64,000 bases of DNA from Escherichia phage JoYop, in sequence record OR769032.1, one strand, 5' to 3'. Each line of letters begins with the position of its first letter. Positions within the stretch are counted from its first letter, which is position 1. Position numbers and translations under genes: made by a program. The notes beneath the pieces are model-generated. The model had not been told where the DNA came from. It worked only from the letters and a program-made list of their open reading frames with translations, and searched no databases. This document shows positions 1-8,418 of this stretch, piece after piece.

Positions 1-885
1 CTGTTTTATAATGATGGTACTACGTTCCATATATTATTAACAGATAAAAATACCGATACTGATAAAACTAAAGCCTCTGGTTCTTATAATAGCTTGAGAC
101 CTTTTTCTATCAATATTGCTTCTGGTAAAGTAACTATTTCAAACTCTATGAGCGTTTCTGGGGTATCAGAGTTTTATAATGGACTTAACATCAAAAATAA
201 TGGAAGTATTAACTTTGATAAGTCTGGCGCTAACCCGAGAAATATGAGAATATTTCATGCTGGTGATGCTTCTCGCGGTAACCGTATTGAAATTGCTGAT
301 GAAACTAACTATATTGCTTACTTTGAAAAAACTCCAGGTGGAGCTAACCGCTTTGTAGTAAATAATGCTACTGTGGATGGTGTTAATCAAATGAATTCAT
401 TTGGTATTAATATCAATAACGCACTTGGTGGAAATAGTATAGCATTTGGTGATAATGATACTGGAATTAAACAATCTGGTGACGGAATTCTCGATATCAT
501 TACTAACGCCGCACGCCGAATGAGATTCCAAACAGGTGACACCTATTCTGACATGAATATAAACGCCCCAAACGTTTATATTCGTTCTGATATTCGTTTG
601 AAATCTAATTTCAGACCTATTGAAAATGCTCTTGAAAAGGTTGAACAGCTTGATGGTTTAATCTATGATAAAGCTGACTATATAGGCGGTGAACCTGTTC
701 AAACAGAAGCAGGTATTATAGCTCAAACGTTGCAAGACGTTTTACCTGAAGCAGTTCGTGAAGTTGAAGATATTAAGGGTAATAAAATACTCACTGTTTC
801 TTCTCAATCCCAGATTGCTCTTCTGGTTGAAGCTGTGAAAACACTTTCTGCTCGTGTAAAAGAACTTGAATCTAAACTTATGTAA
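1..885 (+). CDS. 37: long tail fibre distal subunit (gp37-like), C-terminal fragment; 5-prime end outside window
   Basis: Frame 1 is open from nt 1 into track ORF 94..885; C-terminal ~110 aa (YIRSDIRLKSNF...LVEAVKTLSARVKELESKL) resembles self-cleaving intramolecular-chaperone domains of fibre/tailspike proteins; lies directly upstream of the gp38 adhesin gene. Confidence 0.75.
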   Translation: MFYNDGTTFHILLTDKNTDTDKTKASGSYNSLRPFSINIASGKVTISNSMSVSGVSEFYNGLNIKNNGSINFDKSGANPRNMRIFHAGDASRGNRIEIADETNYIAYFEKTPGGANRFVVNNATVDGVNQMNSFGININNALGGNSIAFGDNDTGIKQSGDGILDIITNAARRMRFQTGDTYSDMNINAPNVYIRSDIRLKSNFRPIENALEKVEQLDGLIYDKADYIGGEPVQTEAGIIAQTLQDVLPEAVREVEDIKGNKILTVSSQSQIALLVEAVKTLSARVKELESKLM

Positions 886-886
886 A

Positions 887-904
887 AGAGGGCTTCGGCC
901 CTCT
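887..904 (+). terminator. GC hairpin with UUCG loop (GAGGGC-UUCG-GCCCUC) just after gene 37 stop; possible attenuator before gene 38
   Basis: Perfect 6-bp inverted repeat seen in sequence, followed by AAGGAUUUUU and the gene 38 start. Confidence 0.35.
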
Positions 905-915
905 AAGGATTTTTA

Positions 916-1701
916 ATGGCAATTGTAGGTGTTCCTGGCTGGATTGGCGAATCTGCCGTGAATGAAACTGGACAACGTTGGATGGATGCTGCGATGAAAG
1001 CTGTTCGTGTTTCAGTTCCTGGTTGGATGAGCTCAATGGCTGGACAATCTAAAGAAGTATATTACAGCATTGGTGCTAGTAATTCTTATAATAAAGACAC
1101 GCTAATAAATTGGATAAAAGCTCAAGGAAGTACTCCTGTTGTTATTACAATTACAGGAAATATTGTTTCTCAATCTACTGGTGTTCCATGCTTAGATTTT
1201 CCTAGCTCATTAACTAATGCATACGTGACACTTAATATCAATTCAGGTGTATATGTTTGGGGCCGTGGCGGGAATGGCGGAAATAACTCTGCCGGTGGAG
1301 CAGGAGGAACTGCAATAAATAATGGAATTGGAACTAGATTGCGTATTAACAACAATGGTGTTATCGCAGGCGGTGGTGGCGGTGGCGGTGGTGGGTATTA
1401 TTCTCCTACGCCACAAATGAAATTAACCTTTGGTGGTGGTGGCGGTCGTCCGTTTGGTGCTGCTGGTGGATCTGCCAACATGCAATCAGGCGCAACTGCT
1501 GGTACTATTTCCGCGCCAGGTAAAGGGTCTGTCAACGGTGTCTATAATGGCGGAAACGGCGGTGATGCTGGTGCCGCAGGTGGTAAATGTAATATTCGTG
1601 GTCAAGGATCAGAATATAACGGCGGTGCGGCTGGTAAAGCTGTTACTGGTAATGCTCCAACTTGGACTAAAGTTGGTACAATATATGGTGCAAGAGTATA
1701 A
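916..1701 (+). CDS. 38: tail fibre tip adhesin gp38, T2-type with glycine-rich motifs
   Basis: 261 aa; N-terminus MAIVGVPGWIGESAVNETGQRWM and several poly-Gly blocks (GGGGGGGGGYY, FGGGGGRPFG) match my recollection of T2-type gp38; SD AAGGA upstream. Confidence 0.85.
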   Translation: MAIVGVPGWIGESAVNETGQRWMDAAMKAVRVSVPGWMSSMAGQSKEVYYSIGASNSYNKDTLINWIKAQGSTPVVITITGNIVSQSTGVPCLDFPSSLTNAYVTLNINSGVYVWGRGGNGGNNSAGGAGGTAINNGIGTRLRINNNGVIAGGGGGGGGGYYSPTPQMKLTFGGGGGRPFGAAGGSANMQSGATAGTISAPGKGSVNGVYNGGNGGDAGAAGGKCNIRGQGSEYNGGAAGKAVTGNAPTWTKVGTIYGARV

Positions 1702-1731
1702 TTTGAATAAATATCCTTAAAAGGAGGGTCT

Positions 1732-2388
1732 ATGGCAGCACCTAGAATATCATTTTCGCCCTCTGATATTCTATTTGGTGTTCTAGATCGCTTGTTCAAA
1801 GATAACGCTACCGGGAAAGTTCTTGCTTCCCGGGTAGCTGTCGTAATTCTTTTATTTATGATGGCGATTGTTTGGTATAGGGGAGATAGTTTCTTTGAGT
1901 ACTATAAGCAATCAAAGTATGAAACATACAGTGAAATTATTGAAAAGGAAAGAAATGCACGCTTTGAATCTGTCGCCCTGGAACAACTCCAGATAGTTCA
2001 TATATCATCTGAGGCAGACTTTAGTGCGGTGTATTCTTTCCGCCCTAAAAACTTAAACTATTTTGTTGATATTATAGCATACGAAGGAAAATTACCTTCA
2101 ACAATAAGTGAAAAATCACTTGGAGGATATCCTATTGATAAAACTATGGATGAATATACAGTTCATTTAAATGGACGTCATTATTATTCCAACTCAAAAT
2201 TTGCTTTTTTACCAACTAAAAAGCCTACTCCCGAAATAAATTACATGTACAGTTGTCCATATTTCAATTTGGATAATATCTATGCTGGAACAATAACCAT
2301 GTACTGGTATAGAAATGATCATATAAGTAATGACCGCCTTGAATCAATATGTTCTCAGGCGGCCAGAATATTAGGAAGGGCTAAATAA
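1732..2388 (+). CDS. t: holin T
   Basis: 218 aa, sequence MAAPRISFSPSDILFGVLDRLFKDNATGK... matches my recollection of T4 holin almost residue for residue; SD AAGGAGGG; AATAAATA late-promoter-like element at ~1706. Confidence 0.95.
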   Translation: MAAPRISFSPSDILFGVLDRLFKDNATGKVLASRVAVVILLFMMAIVWYRGDSFFEYYKQSKYETYSEIIEKERNARFESVALEQLQIVHISSEADFSAVYSFRPKNLNYFVDIIAYEGKLPSTISEKSLGGYPIDKTMDEYTVHLNGRHYYSNSKFAFLPTKKPTPEINYMYSCPYFNLDNIYAGTITMYWYRNDHISNDRLESICSQAARILGRAK

Positions 2389-2661
2389 TTATTTGTTTGT
2401 ATACATCTCTAGATATCGATATACACCCTCAAAACCCTCGTTGAATTCGTCGATGAGGGTTTTCTTATCTTCTTGAGTTAATTCAGAAACAATTTTACGG
2501 AATGAATTCTGATTTAATTTTCTACCTTCATGCGTTACTCCAATCTCATTCAGAAATGCGATAAAATTAGCACGATTCTCAACAATATCTTCTCTGGAAA
2601 ATTTAATCAAAATAGACGCAACAGTAATAATTTCACGAACTGTATCAATGTTTTTATTCAT
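2389..2661 (-). CDS. asiA: anti-sigma70 factor AsiA
   Basis: 90 aa, MNKNIDTVREIITVASILIKFSREDIVENRANF... matches recalled T4 AsiA. Confidence 0.95.
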   Translation of the reverse strand: MNKNIDTVREIITVASILIKFSREDIVENRANFIAFLNEIGVTHEGRKLNQNSFRKIVSELTQEDKKTLIDEFNEGFEGVYRYLEMYTNK

Positions 2662-2673
2662 TAACTATACCAC

Positions 2674-2826
2674 TCAATTAGTTGACTTTATTATAATATC
2701 ATCAGACACTTGATTTGTAAACTGGTCTGTGTTATTTTCTTCAAAAATTTTTTCTACGAATTCCTTGAACGACTCACGTTCCTGAGCTACATTATGCTCG
2801 ATTACCTTTTCAAGATTATGACTCAT
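2674..2826 (-). CDS. hypothetical small acidic protein (50 aa)
   Basis: ORF below track cutoff found by manual translation (MSHNLEKVIEHNVAQERESFKEF...); start overlaps arn stop in ATGA arrangement. Confidence 0.4.
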   Translation of the reverse strand: MSHNLEKVIEHNVAQERESFKEFVEKIFEENNTDQFTNQVSDDIIIKSTN

Positions 2827-3101
2827 TCGAAATAATCTTCAATTTCGTAATCATGGACGTAAATCATTATAGTTTTTAATACATCATCAATACTTTTTCC
2901 TGGAGCTGGAATTACGTAAAAATATCCCGCCTTTAAGTTATCTTTATAAGTTCCAACCAAGAAATCATTATTCTCAAGATGTAGTTCTTCAACTAATTCA
3001 TTAACAATTGAGTGGTATAAATTTGGTAGAAACTTATATAGCTTTTCTAGAATATCAATTTTGATTGTATATTGAACCACAGATTGAGAATCAATAATCA
3101 T
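2823..3101 (-). CDS. arn: Arn-like anti-restriction protein (McrBC inhibitor)
   Basis: 92 aa, same size and position (next to asiA) as T4 arn; sequence consistent with my recollection. Confidence 0.7.
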   Translation of the reverse strand: MIIDSQSVVQYTIKIDILEKLYKFLPNLYHSIVNELVEELHLENNDFLVGTYKDNLKAGYFYVIPAPGKSIDDVLKTIMIYVHDYEIEDYFE

Positions 3102-3184
3102 AGACCTTCCCCTTATGTTTCTGTTTGCGATTAGATTCTTTAAACGCTTTCTTCTTATCCTTATGAACAGAAGCTTTATTAAAA

Positions 3185-3403
3185 TTATGTTTTGCGACTA
3201 AATTGTTCATAGTGTTGAATTACCTCTCTTAAACATTTGCATGTGAATGAAAACTTTTTAGCTACACCACATTCAAATATATGTTCTCTTAAATCACGTG
3301 TGTCAGTATATCCCATCTCAACAATAAAATGCCGTATTAGATTTTTATCTTTATCATTGAGAGAGTTAAAATAATCGGATTTTGAATTAATTTCCCTGGC
3401 CAA
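3185..3403 (-). CDS. hypothetical protein (72 aa)
   Basis: Track ORF in the arn-motA interval; no motif recognised. Confidence 0.5.
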   Translation of the reverse strand: MAREINSKSDYFNSLNDKDKNLIRHFIVEMGYTDTRDLREHIFECGVAKKFSFTCKCLREVIQHYEQFSRKT

Positions 3404-3683
3404 ATTGAATCACCTTCAGTTGACGTTTTAGTTCTTTTATCATCTCTTCGTTCATCGCAATATAAAGATCGCGTAAAGCAGGCTTTAGCATTCCATTTAT
3501 TGGGGAACTAAATGGACATACATAATCTTTTCCTACGAGCTTTTTAGTGAATTCCATATTACAGAACTGAAATGCCGGTTCATTGGCATAAATTCCCCAT
3601 TTGGTTGACATCATTTTATTGGCATATTCCAATGCCTGGATTTGATTCATAATTCCATCAATTTGAAACTTTTTAATATTCAT
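3387..3683 (-). CDS. hypothetical protein (98 aa)
   Basis: Track ORF in the arn-motA interval; tightly packed with neighbours. Confidence 0.5.
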   Translation of the reverse strand: MNIKKFQIDGIMNQIQALEYANKMMSTKWGIYANEPAFQFCNMEFTKKLVGKDYVCPFSSPINGMLKPALRDLYIAMNEEMIKELKRQLKVIQFGQGN

Positions 3684-4144
3684 TAGTAAAGGTCCTCAGA
3701 GTAAAGTTCTTTTTCACTACCACCACGTTCAATACGTACTTGTCCAGCGTAAGTTGCAATAATCATTGCTTCTTCACGTGTCCAATAATTACTATATTGG
3801 TCAATAAACCCTTGGTCATCATCACAAACTTGTTGAGTAACTAATTGAGGTTTAACTACATCTAAAACTTCTGCCATATCTTTAGAATAATGACGAGCAC
3901 CTGGAATAATAAGAGTTCGTCCATCTTTTAATTTAAAACGATTAGCTGCACAGACAATTCGTCGTTGATACTTTTGGTTTTCATCCCAGTATGCAGTCTG
4001 CCAACAGATTTCAGGAACTTCATCTAAAACATTTTGTTCTGTATATTCACCACCGTAAGAAGCTAATTTAGCAGCCAGACTTTCCGGAGTCTCACGCGAC
4101 AAAGCTTTATCTAACAGAGCTAAGCGTTCTTTAAAAGTTTTCAT
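3683..4144 (-). CDS. hypothetical protein (153 aa)
   Basis: Track ORF; ATGA-type overlap with neighbours. Confidence 0.55.
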   Translation of the reverse strand: MKTFKERLALLDKALSRETPESLAAKLASYGGEYTEQNVLDEVPEICWQTAYWDENQKYQRRIVCAANRFKLKDGRTLIIPGARHYSKDMAEVLDVVKPQLVTQQVCDDDQGFIDQYSNYWTREEAMIIATYAGQVRIERGGSEKELYSEDLY

Positions 4145-4470
4145 TTAAACCATCCTTTAATACGTTGCCACAAAGTTTTCTGCTGAGCTTTGTTAACACC
4201 AATTGAGCGAATAACCGGTTGAGATTCCTGGAATTCTTTATAATCATCAAGGTAAATTTCGTAAGCTGCATCTGTAAATGAACTTATTGCTGCCATAAAA
4301 TTATTGCGAATACCTACTGGAGCATCTTTACTTTCACGAATAATCATGTATTTACCAGTCTTAATCTTTACGATAGTTCCAAGATAAGCTCCGTGGTACC
4401 AAATATCCCAACCCTCTTGAGTAGGTTCTGCACAACGACGAAGTTCATTGATAATTTCTAACTTGTTCAT
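4141..4470 (-). CDS. hypothetical protein (109 aa)
   Basis: Track ORF directly upstream (in transcription order) of the arn-proximal ORFs. Confidence 0.55.
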   Translation of the reverse strand: MNKLEIINELRRCAEPTQEGWDIWYHGAYLGTIVKIKTGKYMIIRESKDAPVGIRNNFMAAISSFTDAAYEIYLDDYKEFQESQPVIRSIGVNKAQQKTLWQRIKGWFK

Positions 4471-4480
4471 TATTTATTCC

Positions 4481-5116
4481 TCACAGTTCAGATGCTACAG
4501 TGATTACAGCTTCGATGTTTTCTACCGAGCGTTTAATGTCAAGATACACATTACCATTTTTAGCGATTTTACATGACATTCCGATGTCAGTAAATTTCTG
4601 AATATGATGTTCCATCATTTTGTATCCAAAAATTCGCATATTTCCATTGTTGTTAATTTCAAAATTGCGAATTCCATGAGTACGTTTTTCTAAAATGGCA
4701 AGATAATTACTACGATAAGTTTCAACCTTTTTAAGAACAAATCCATTTTCATCTAAAAGTTTTAACATGAAGTCTTTATCTTCTTCCATATCAGAAGTAA
4801 TCTCACGAGCTTTACGAGTTGCTCGTTTTTTCAGCAGTTCCGGAGCATTTTCTTGTGCGTATAAAGTTGCTGCATTTGAAATAATATCCTGAGCTTCACC
4901 AGTAATGATTAATCCATCACCAGATTTCTCCACCAGGCCTTTTTTAATCAATACCCCAATATTACTATTAACTACTGCATTACCTAAATCTGGATGCACC
5001 TCACGAACTTCTGCAGCTGTAATGAAATCTTTCTTAGCAATGGTAATTAAAATTGCAGCAGTTTTTTCATTCAGAACATCGTTAGAAGCTTTGATGATGT
5101 AAGTTACTTTAGACAT
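4481..5116 (-). CDS. motA: MotA middle-transcription activator
   Basis: 211 aa, same size as T4 MotA; position between arn cluster and gene 52; early promoter immediately upstream. Confidence 0.85.
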   Translation of the reverse strand: MSKVTYIIKASNDVLNEKTAAILITIAKKDFITAAEVREVHPDLGNAVVNSNIGVLIKKGLVEKSGDGLIITGEAQDIISNAATLYAQENAPELLKKRATRKAREITSDMEEDKDFMLKLLDENGFVLKKVETYRSNYLAILEKRTHGIRNFEINNNGNMRIFGYKMMEHHIQKFTDIGMSCKIAKNGNVYLDIKRSVENIEAVITVASEL

Positions 5117-5187
5117 TTTCTAATCTCCGTAATTCTGTATCAGTAGTTGATAGTTGTATAGTACCACAGTATGCTTTGGTTGTAAAC
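5117..5187 (-). promoter_or_regulatory. early promoter plus conserved leader cassette upstream of motA
   Basis: Coding strand GTTTACA-17 bp-TACTAT followed by leader ACAACTATCAACT...GGAG...ATG; contains the 20-mer gttgatagttgtatagtacc (5146-5165). Confidence 0.6.
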
Positions 5188-5218
5188 CGTTTTGTGAAAA
5201 AAATTTTAAAATAAAAAA

Positions 5219-5238
5219 GGGAGAGCCGAAGCTCTCCC
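5219..5238 (-). terminator. intrinsic terminator hairpin (GGGAGAGC-UUCG-GCUCUCCC) plus U-tract
   Basis: Perfect 8-bp stem with tetraloop followed on the - strand by a T-rich run; downstream of gene 52/motA.1. Confidence 0.6.
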
Positions 5239-5243
5239 TAAAA

Positions 5244-5393
5244 TTACTGCATGACTGTGATAACTGTCATGATAACACGTTGAATTCCGAACGCAAGAAG
5301 ACCTCCTGCTACGGCTGGAACAACACCTAAACCCGCCAGTAAAATGCCACCAGATACTAATGCAGCGCTTGTAATACCTATGAATGGACTCAT
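5244..5393 (-). CDS. small hydrophobic membrane peptide (49 aa), motA.1-like by position
   Basis: Manual translation MSPFIGITSAALVSGGILLAGLGVVPAVAGGLLAFGIQRVIMTVITVMQ; start overlaps gene 52 stop (ATGA). Confidence 0.45.
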   Translation of the reverse strand: MSPFIGITSAALVSGGILLAGLGVVPAVAGGLLAFGIQRVIMTVITVMQ

Positions 5394-6718
5394 TTGATTT
5401 CCTCTAAATCTTTGGTGTATTCTGTAACTACATCAGTAGTTTTCCAATATTCGTTCTCTTCTTTTTTAGCTTTAGCTTCTTCAGCAAGTTTCTTTGCTTC
5501 ATCGGAAGTCATATGAAAAATATTCATTCCGACTAGTTTATCAGCATAAGAAGAATACATATCAATTTTAGAAAGTTCTTCAGTCAGTTCTTTGCGAGTT
5601 TTACCCTGTACAACGATTTCACCTGAAATTACTTTCTTAATGAAATGGGCCTTAGCAAAGGCTAAACGAAATGCTGACTCAGTTTCTTTGATTTTGTTAT
5701 CAATTCGTTTTTGGACATAAGTTTTACGAACTTCAACAAAGTCTTTGATTAAATCGACTACATTATCGTAAACTTGAAGCTTTCCTTTCTCATTAATAAC
5801 CGTAATATTCTGAGAACGACGCTCAATCAACCCGAAGTCTTTCATGATTTTTGCATGGCGTTCTTCTTCGTTATCACTCAAAGAGTATTCTTTACGGAAT
5901 TTAATTTTAAAACCAAAACCATGCTCACCGCAAGCATCATCCCATGTAATGAAGCCTTTATCTTCAAGCGGGTCTAAAATTTTGCTCACATAAGTTTCAC
6001 GATCATACTTATACGGAATCTCAGTGATATTCATTTGAGTTCGTGAAGTAAACTTGTATGTTCCGCGAATTTCATATTGTCCATCAATTTCAACGACTTC
6101 ACCGCGAAATTCTGGGAATTCTACTTTCGGTTTAGTTACTTTCTTTCCTTGAAGAGCTTGCAATACAGCTTTCTTGACAGAAGAAACACTATGAGGAAGA
6201 ATGTAAGTTGCATAACCAGTTGCAATACCGGAAACACCATTAAGAAGAACGGTAGGAATAATAGGCAAATAGAAAGCAGGCGGAATGTGTTCTTTATCTT
6301 GATGTACCGGAGCATATTCAGTATCTTTATATACACTATAGAAATTTTTACTTACACGAGCAAAAATATAACGACTTGCCGCTGCTTTTTGAACGGTACG
6401 AGAACCAAAGTTTCCTTGACCATCTAACAGAGGAAAGTTATTATTCCAAGTGTTAGCCATCAAAGCACCTGCGTCTTGCGCAGAGTTTTCACCATGATGA
6501 TATCCAAGGTCCGCTACACCACCTGCAATAGAAGCGAGTTTGTGAAACTTATCTTTATTTCCTCGTGCCAAATCAAGAGCTCGAGCAATAACAAATCGTT
6601 GAACTGGCTTAAATCCATCAATCATATTTGGAATGGCACGATTTTCAACCGTGTACATAGCATAAGCCAATGCTTCATTATCAATGATACTTTTTAAATC
6701 GCGATTATTCAGTTGCAT
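5390..6718 (-). CDS. 52: DNA topoisomerase II medium subunit gp52
   Basis: 442 aa, same size and position as T4 gp52; conserved topoisomerase-type segments. Confidence 0.9.
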   Translation of the reverse strand: MQLNNRDLKSIIDNEALAYAMYTVENRAIPNMIDGFKPVQRFVIARALDLARGNKDKFHKLASIAGGVADLGYHHGENSAQDAGALMANTWNNNFPLLDGQGNFGSRTVQKAAASRYIFARVSKNFYSVYKDTEYAPVHQDKEHIPPAFYLPIIPTVLLNGVSGIATGYATYILPHSVSSVKKAVLQALQGKKVTKPKVEFPEFRGEVVEIDGQYEIRGTYKFTSRTQMNITEIPYKYDRETYVSKILDPLEDKGFITWDDACGEHGFGFKIKFRKEYSLSDNEEERHAKIMKDFGLIERRSQNITVINEKGKLQVYDNVVDLIKDFVEVRKTYVQKRIDNKIKETESAFRLAFAKAHFIKKVISGEIVVQGKTRKELTEELSKIDMYSSYADKLVGMNIFHMTSDEAKKLAEEAKAKKEENEYWKTTDVVTEYTKDLEEIK

Positions 6719-6722
6719 AAAT

Positions 6723-6863
6723 TTACCATACTAGTGAATGTAGTGCCATAATAACATCAGAAATGAAAAGCACGACTTGAATTAATCCGAACATTACTCC
6801 ATAATATAGTGCTACTAATAAAGTAGCAAGGGCTAATGAATAGCCCAAGATTTTCTTAATCAT
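6723..6863 (-). CDS. small membrane peptide (46 aa), 52.1-like by position
   Basis: Manual translation MIKKILGYSLALATLLVALYYGVMFGLIQVVLFISDVIMALHSLVW; start overlaps upstream stop (ATGATTAA). Confidence 0.4.
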   Translation of the reverse strand: MIKKILGYSLALATLLVALYYGVMFGLIQVVLFISDVIMALHSLVW

Positions 6864-7014
6864 TGGTAGATAACAACACAAATGTTAAATATGCACACAT
6901 ACCCTGAGCTAAAGCTTGTGAAAACACACTGCTAGCATCGATACAGATAGTTAAAACACATGCTACTATCCAACAAATAAATGAAATAACTCCTAATAAT
7001 TTTGCGATATTCAT
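6856..7014 (-). CDS. small membrane protein (52 aa), Ac-like by position and size
   Basis: Manual translation MNIAKLLGVISFICWIVACVLTICIDASSVFSQALAQGMCAYLTFVLLSTND; lies between stp and gene 52 as ac does in T4. Confidence 0.4.
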   Translation of the reverse strand: MNIAKLLGVISFICWIVACVLTICIDASSVFSQALAQGMCAYLTFVLLSTND

Positions 7015-7021
7015 ATTTTCC

Positions 7022-7102
7022 TCACTGGCGTCCGAAGACGCCTTTAGTTTTAAGATTATTACGATAGAACTGCATCACGTGTTCGTTGTGGAAATTACTC
7101 AT
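7022..7102 (-). CDS. stp: Stp peptide (26 aa), activator of host anticodon nuclease / restriction modulator
   Basis: Manual translation [26 protein letters not shown] matches my recollection of T4 Stp; start overlaps ndd stop (TAATG). Confidence 0.8.
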
Positions 7103-7545
7103 TAATATGCCTGCAAAACAAATTTAAAGTTATCAGCCAACATACGATTCATTTCTTCAAGTGTTTGATACTCAGAATGATGATTACGAGTAAACGCCAA
7201 AGCTAACTGACCTTTTCCAAACCCCGTCGTCAGAGGTTTCATCTTAGAAGCAGGTAGATAAAATACCGTGTATGCCATATTGTTATTTGCAATAGTACGC
7301 GCAAGCTGAGATCGACGCTGACGAATATGACTTAGAACCGCACTGAATCCTTGCTTAGAACGCTGATTACCTACATAAAATCGTGCAGATACACATGAAC
7401 CGTCAAATTCATTTACCAAAAAGTAAAATCCAGGTTTAGACAAAATGTCTTTGTGCGGAGTTCCCAAAAACCACTCACCACCCTTAATTGTACCAATAAC
7501 AGTAGCACCTGCATTATTCAGATCAGTAACAGTCATATATTTCAT
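7102..7545 (-). CDS. ndd: Ndd nucleoid disruption protein
   Basis: Track ORF 7102..7593 trimmed to the ATG preceded by SD GAGGAAAT ([13 protein letters not shown]...); ~147 aa; position and sequence consistent with T4 ndd. Confidence 0.7.
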
Positions 7546-7577
7546 ATTAATTTCCTCTAAATTATTTTCTACTCCAA

Positions 7578-7599
7578 GGCCGCATGAATACACGCGGCC
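7578..7599 (-). promoter_or_regulatory. stem-loop (GGCCGC-10 nt loop-GCGGCC) in the ndd 5-prime region
   Basis: 6-bp GC inverted repeat seen in sequence between ORF 7606..7821 and ndd. Confidence 0.3.
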
Positions 7600-7605
7600 G
7601 ATAAA

Positions 7606-7821
7606 TTAATCGTCGCAGTCGACGCTCAATTCCCAGAACTCTTCTACAGTATAAGTTTCAGTATCATTTTCAATACAGAAACGTTCATTACTGTTATTTG
7701 CTAAAGTAGCATTAACTGTCGGTTTCTCGCTAGTGCTCTTAAGAGGTGAAATGCGAATTAACTGATCACCATTATCTAAACAGAAAATTTCACCAACTTT
7801 TACATCTTTAAAACTTTTCAT
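7606..7821 (-). CDS. hypothetical protein (71 aa)
   Basis: Track ORF; part of a run of small ORFs in the ndd-denB interval. Confidence 0.5.
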   Translation of the reverse strand: MKSFKDVKVGEIFCLDNGDQLIRISPLKSTSEKPTVNATLANNSNERFCIENDTETYTVEEFWELSVDCDD

Positions 7822-7829
7822 AATTCACC

Positions 7830-7940
7830 TCAAGGAGTATAAAATCCAAACGCAGTTGTTGACCATCCCATCCAATACGGGAAATTTGCGCCAATGTAAA
7901 ACATAAGAATATAAAACCAACCGCTCAGCAAATTCATCAT
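7830..7940 (-). CDS. tiny hydrophobic peptide (36 aa)
   Basis: Manual translation MMNLLSGWFYILMFYIGANFPYWMGWSTTAFGFYTP; ATGA overlap with upstream ORF. Confidence 0.3.
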   Translation of the reverse strand: MMNLLSGWFYILMFYIGANFPYWMGWSTTAFGFYTP

Positions 7941-8155
7941 TTTACACCATTCCAAATTGTTTCAACCACGGATTTTAAACCATTCTGATGAATATCCATT
8001 CCGACTACTGTCATCAAATAGATTCCAACTACAACTGAACCTAATGCAAAAATCAGCATGAAAATGAATAAAGCCGGAAAAATATTATCGAAAAACCATT
8101 CCATAAATGTAAAAGCACTGCGTTTACGTTTCATATTTTCCTCACATAAATCCAA
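7937..8155 (-). CDS. hypothetical membrane protein (72 aa)
   Basis: Track ORF with hydrophobic core ALFIFMLIFALGSVVVGIYLMTVV. Confidence 0.5.
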   Translation of the reverse strand: MDLCEENMKRKRSAFTFMEWFFDNIFPALFIFMLIFALGSVVVGIYLMTVVGMDIHQNGLKSVVETIWNGVK

Positions 8156-8255
8156 AGTAAGCGTTTAATACATCAATCATTAAAACGATTGGGAATATAC
8201 TCAAAACAACTAAAATTATAATTATATTCCATATAGCTTTAACAATCTTTTTCAT
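8142..8255 (-). CDS. tiny membrane peptide (37 aa)
   Basis: Track ORF 8142..8351 trimmed to the ATG after SD GGAGG (MKKIVKAIWNIIIILVVLSIFPIVLMIDVLNAYFGFM); the N-terminal extension in the track is translated promoter/leader. Confidence 0.45.
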   Translation of the reverse strand: MKKIVKAIWNIIIILVVLSIFPIVLMIDVLNAYFGFM

Positions 8256-8313
8256 TTTCTGTTCCTCCGTAGTTGATAGTTGTATAGTACCACAGAGGAA
8301 CAGTCTTGTAAAC
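8256..8313 (-). promoter_or_regulatory. early promoter plus leader cassette (type B copy 1)
   Basis: Coding strand GTTTACAAGACTGTTCCTCTGTGGTACTATACAACTATCAACTACGGAGGAACAGAAA-ATG; 61 bp identical to 61242..61302. Confidence 0.6.
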
Positions 8314-8319
8314 CACTTT

Positions 8320-8418
8320 TTAAAAATATTCGTAATAAATGTGAATACCAATCACTACTGCCGAAACTTGCGCAACCCACCACGCACAAGCAATAAGTAC
8401 AGAATTCAAAATTTTCAT
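8320..8418 (-). CDS. tiny membrane peptide (32 aa)
   Basis: Manual translation MKILNSVLIACAWWVAQVSAVVIGIHIYYEYF with SD GAGG. Confidence 0.3.
   Translation of the reverse strand: MKILNSVLIACAWWVAQVSAVVIGIHIYYEYF

Noticed and set aside
1430-1720. + strand alternate-frame ORF (96 aa) inside gene 38, and similar track ORFs such as 166..390, 1170..1355, 1602..1799
   Set aside because: They lie in alternate frames or antisense within a confidently assigned gene; GC-rich glycine codon runs leave the other frames open by chance.
2386-2391. Convergent stop codons of holin t and asiA directly abutting (TAATTA) with no terminator between
   Set aside because: Noted as unusual, but convergent abutting genes are common in this genome type and nothing else in the sequence supports a regulatory role.
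3091-3210. Manually found 39-aa lysine-rich ORF (MNNLVAKHNFNKAS...) overlapping the arn start
   Set aside because: It overlaps both arn and ORF 3185..3403 in other frames and has no clear SD; too weak to call.
5774-6697. Several + strand ORFs inside gene 52 (5774..5977, 6077..6427, 6476..6697) and comparable antisense ORFs inside genes 39, 43, 46, nrdD and others
   Set aside because: Antisense to long, conserved - strand genes; low-complexity, stop-poor AT-rich frames; no SD signals.
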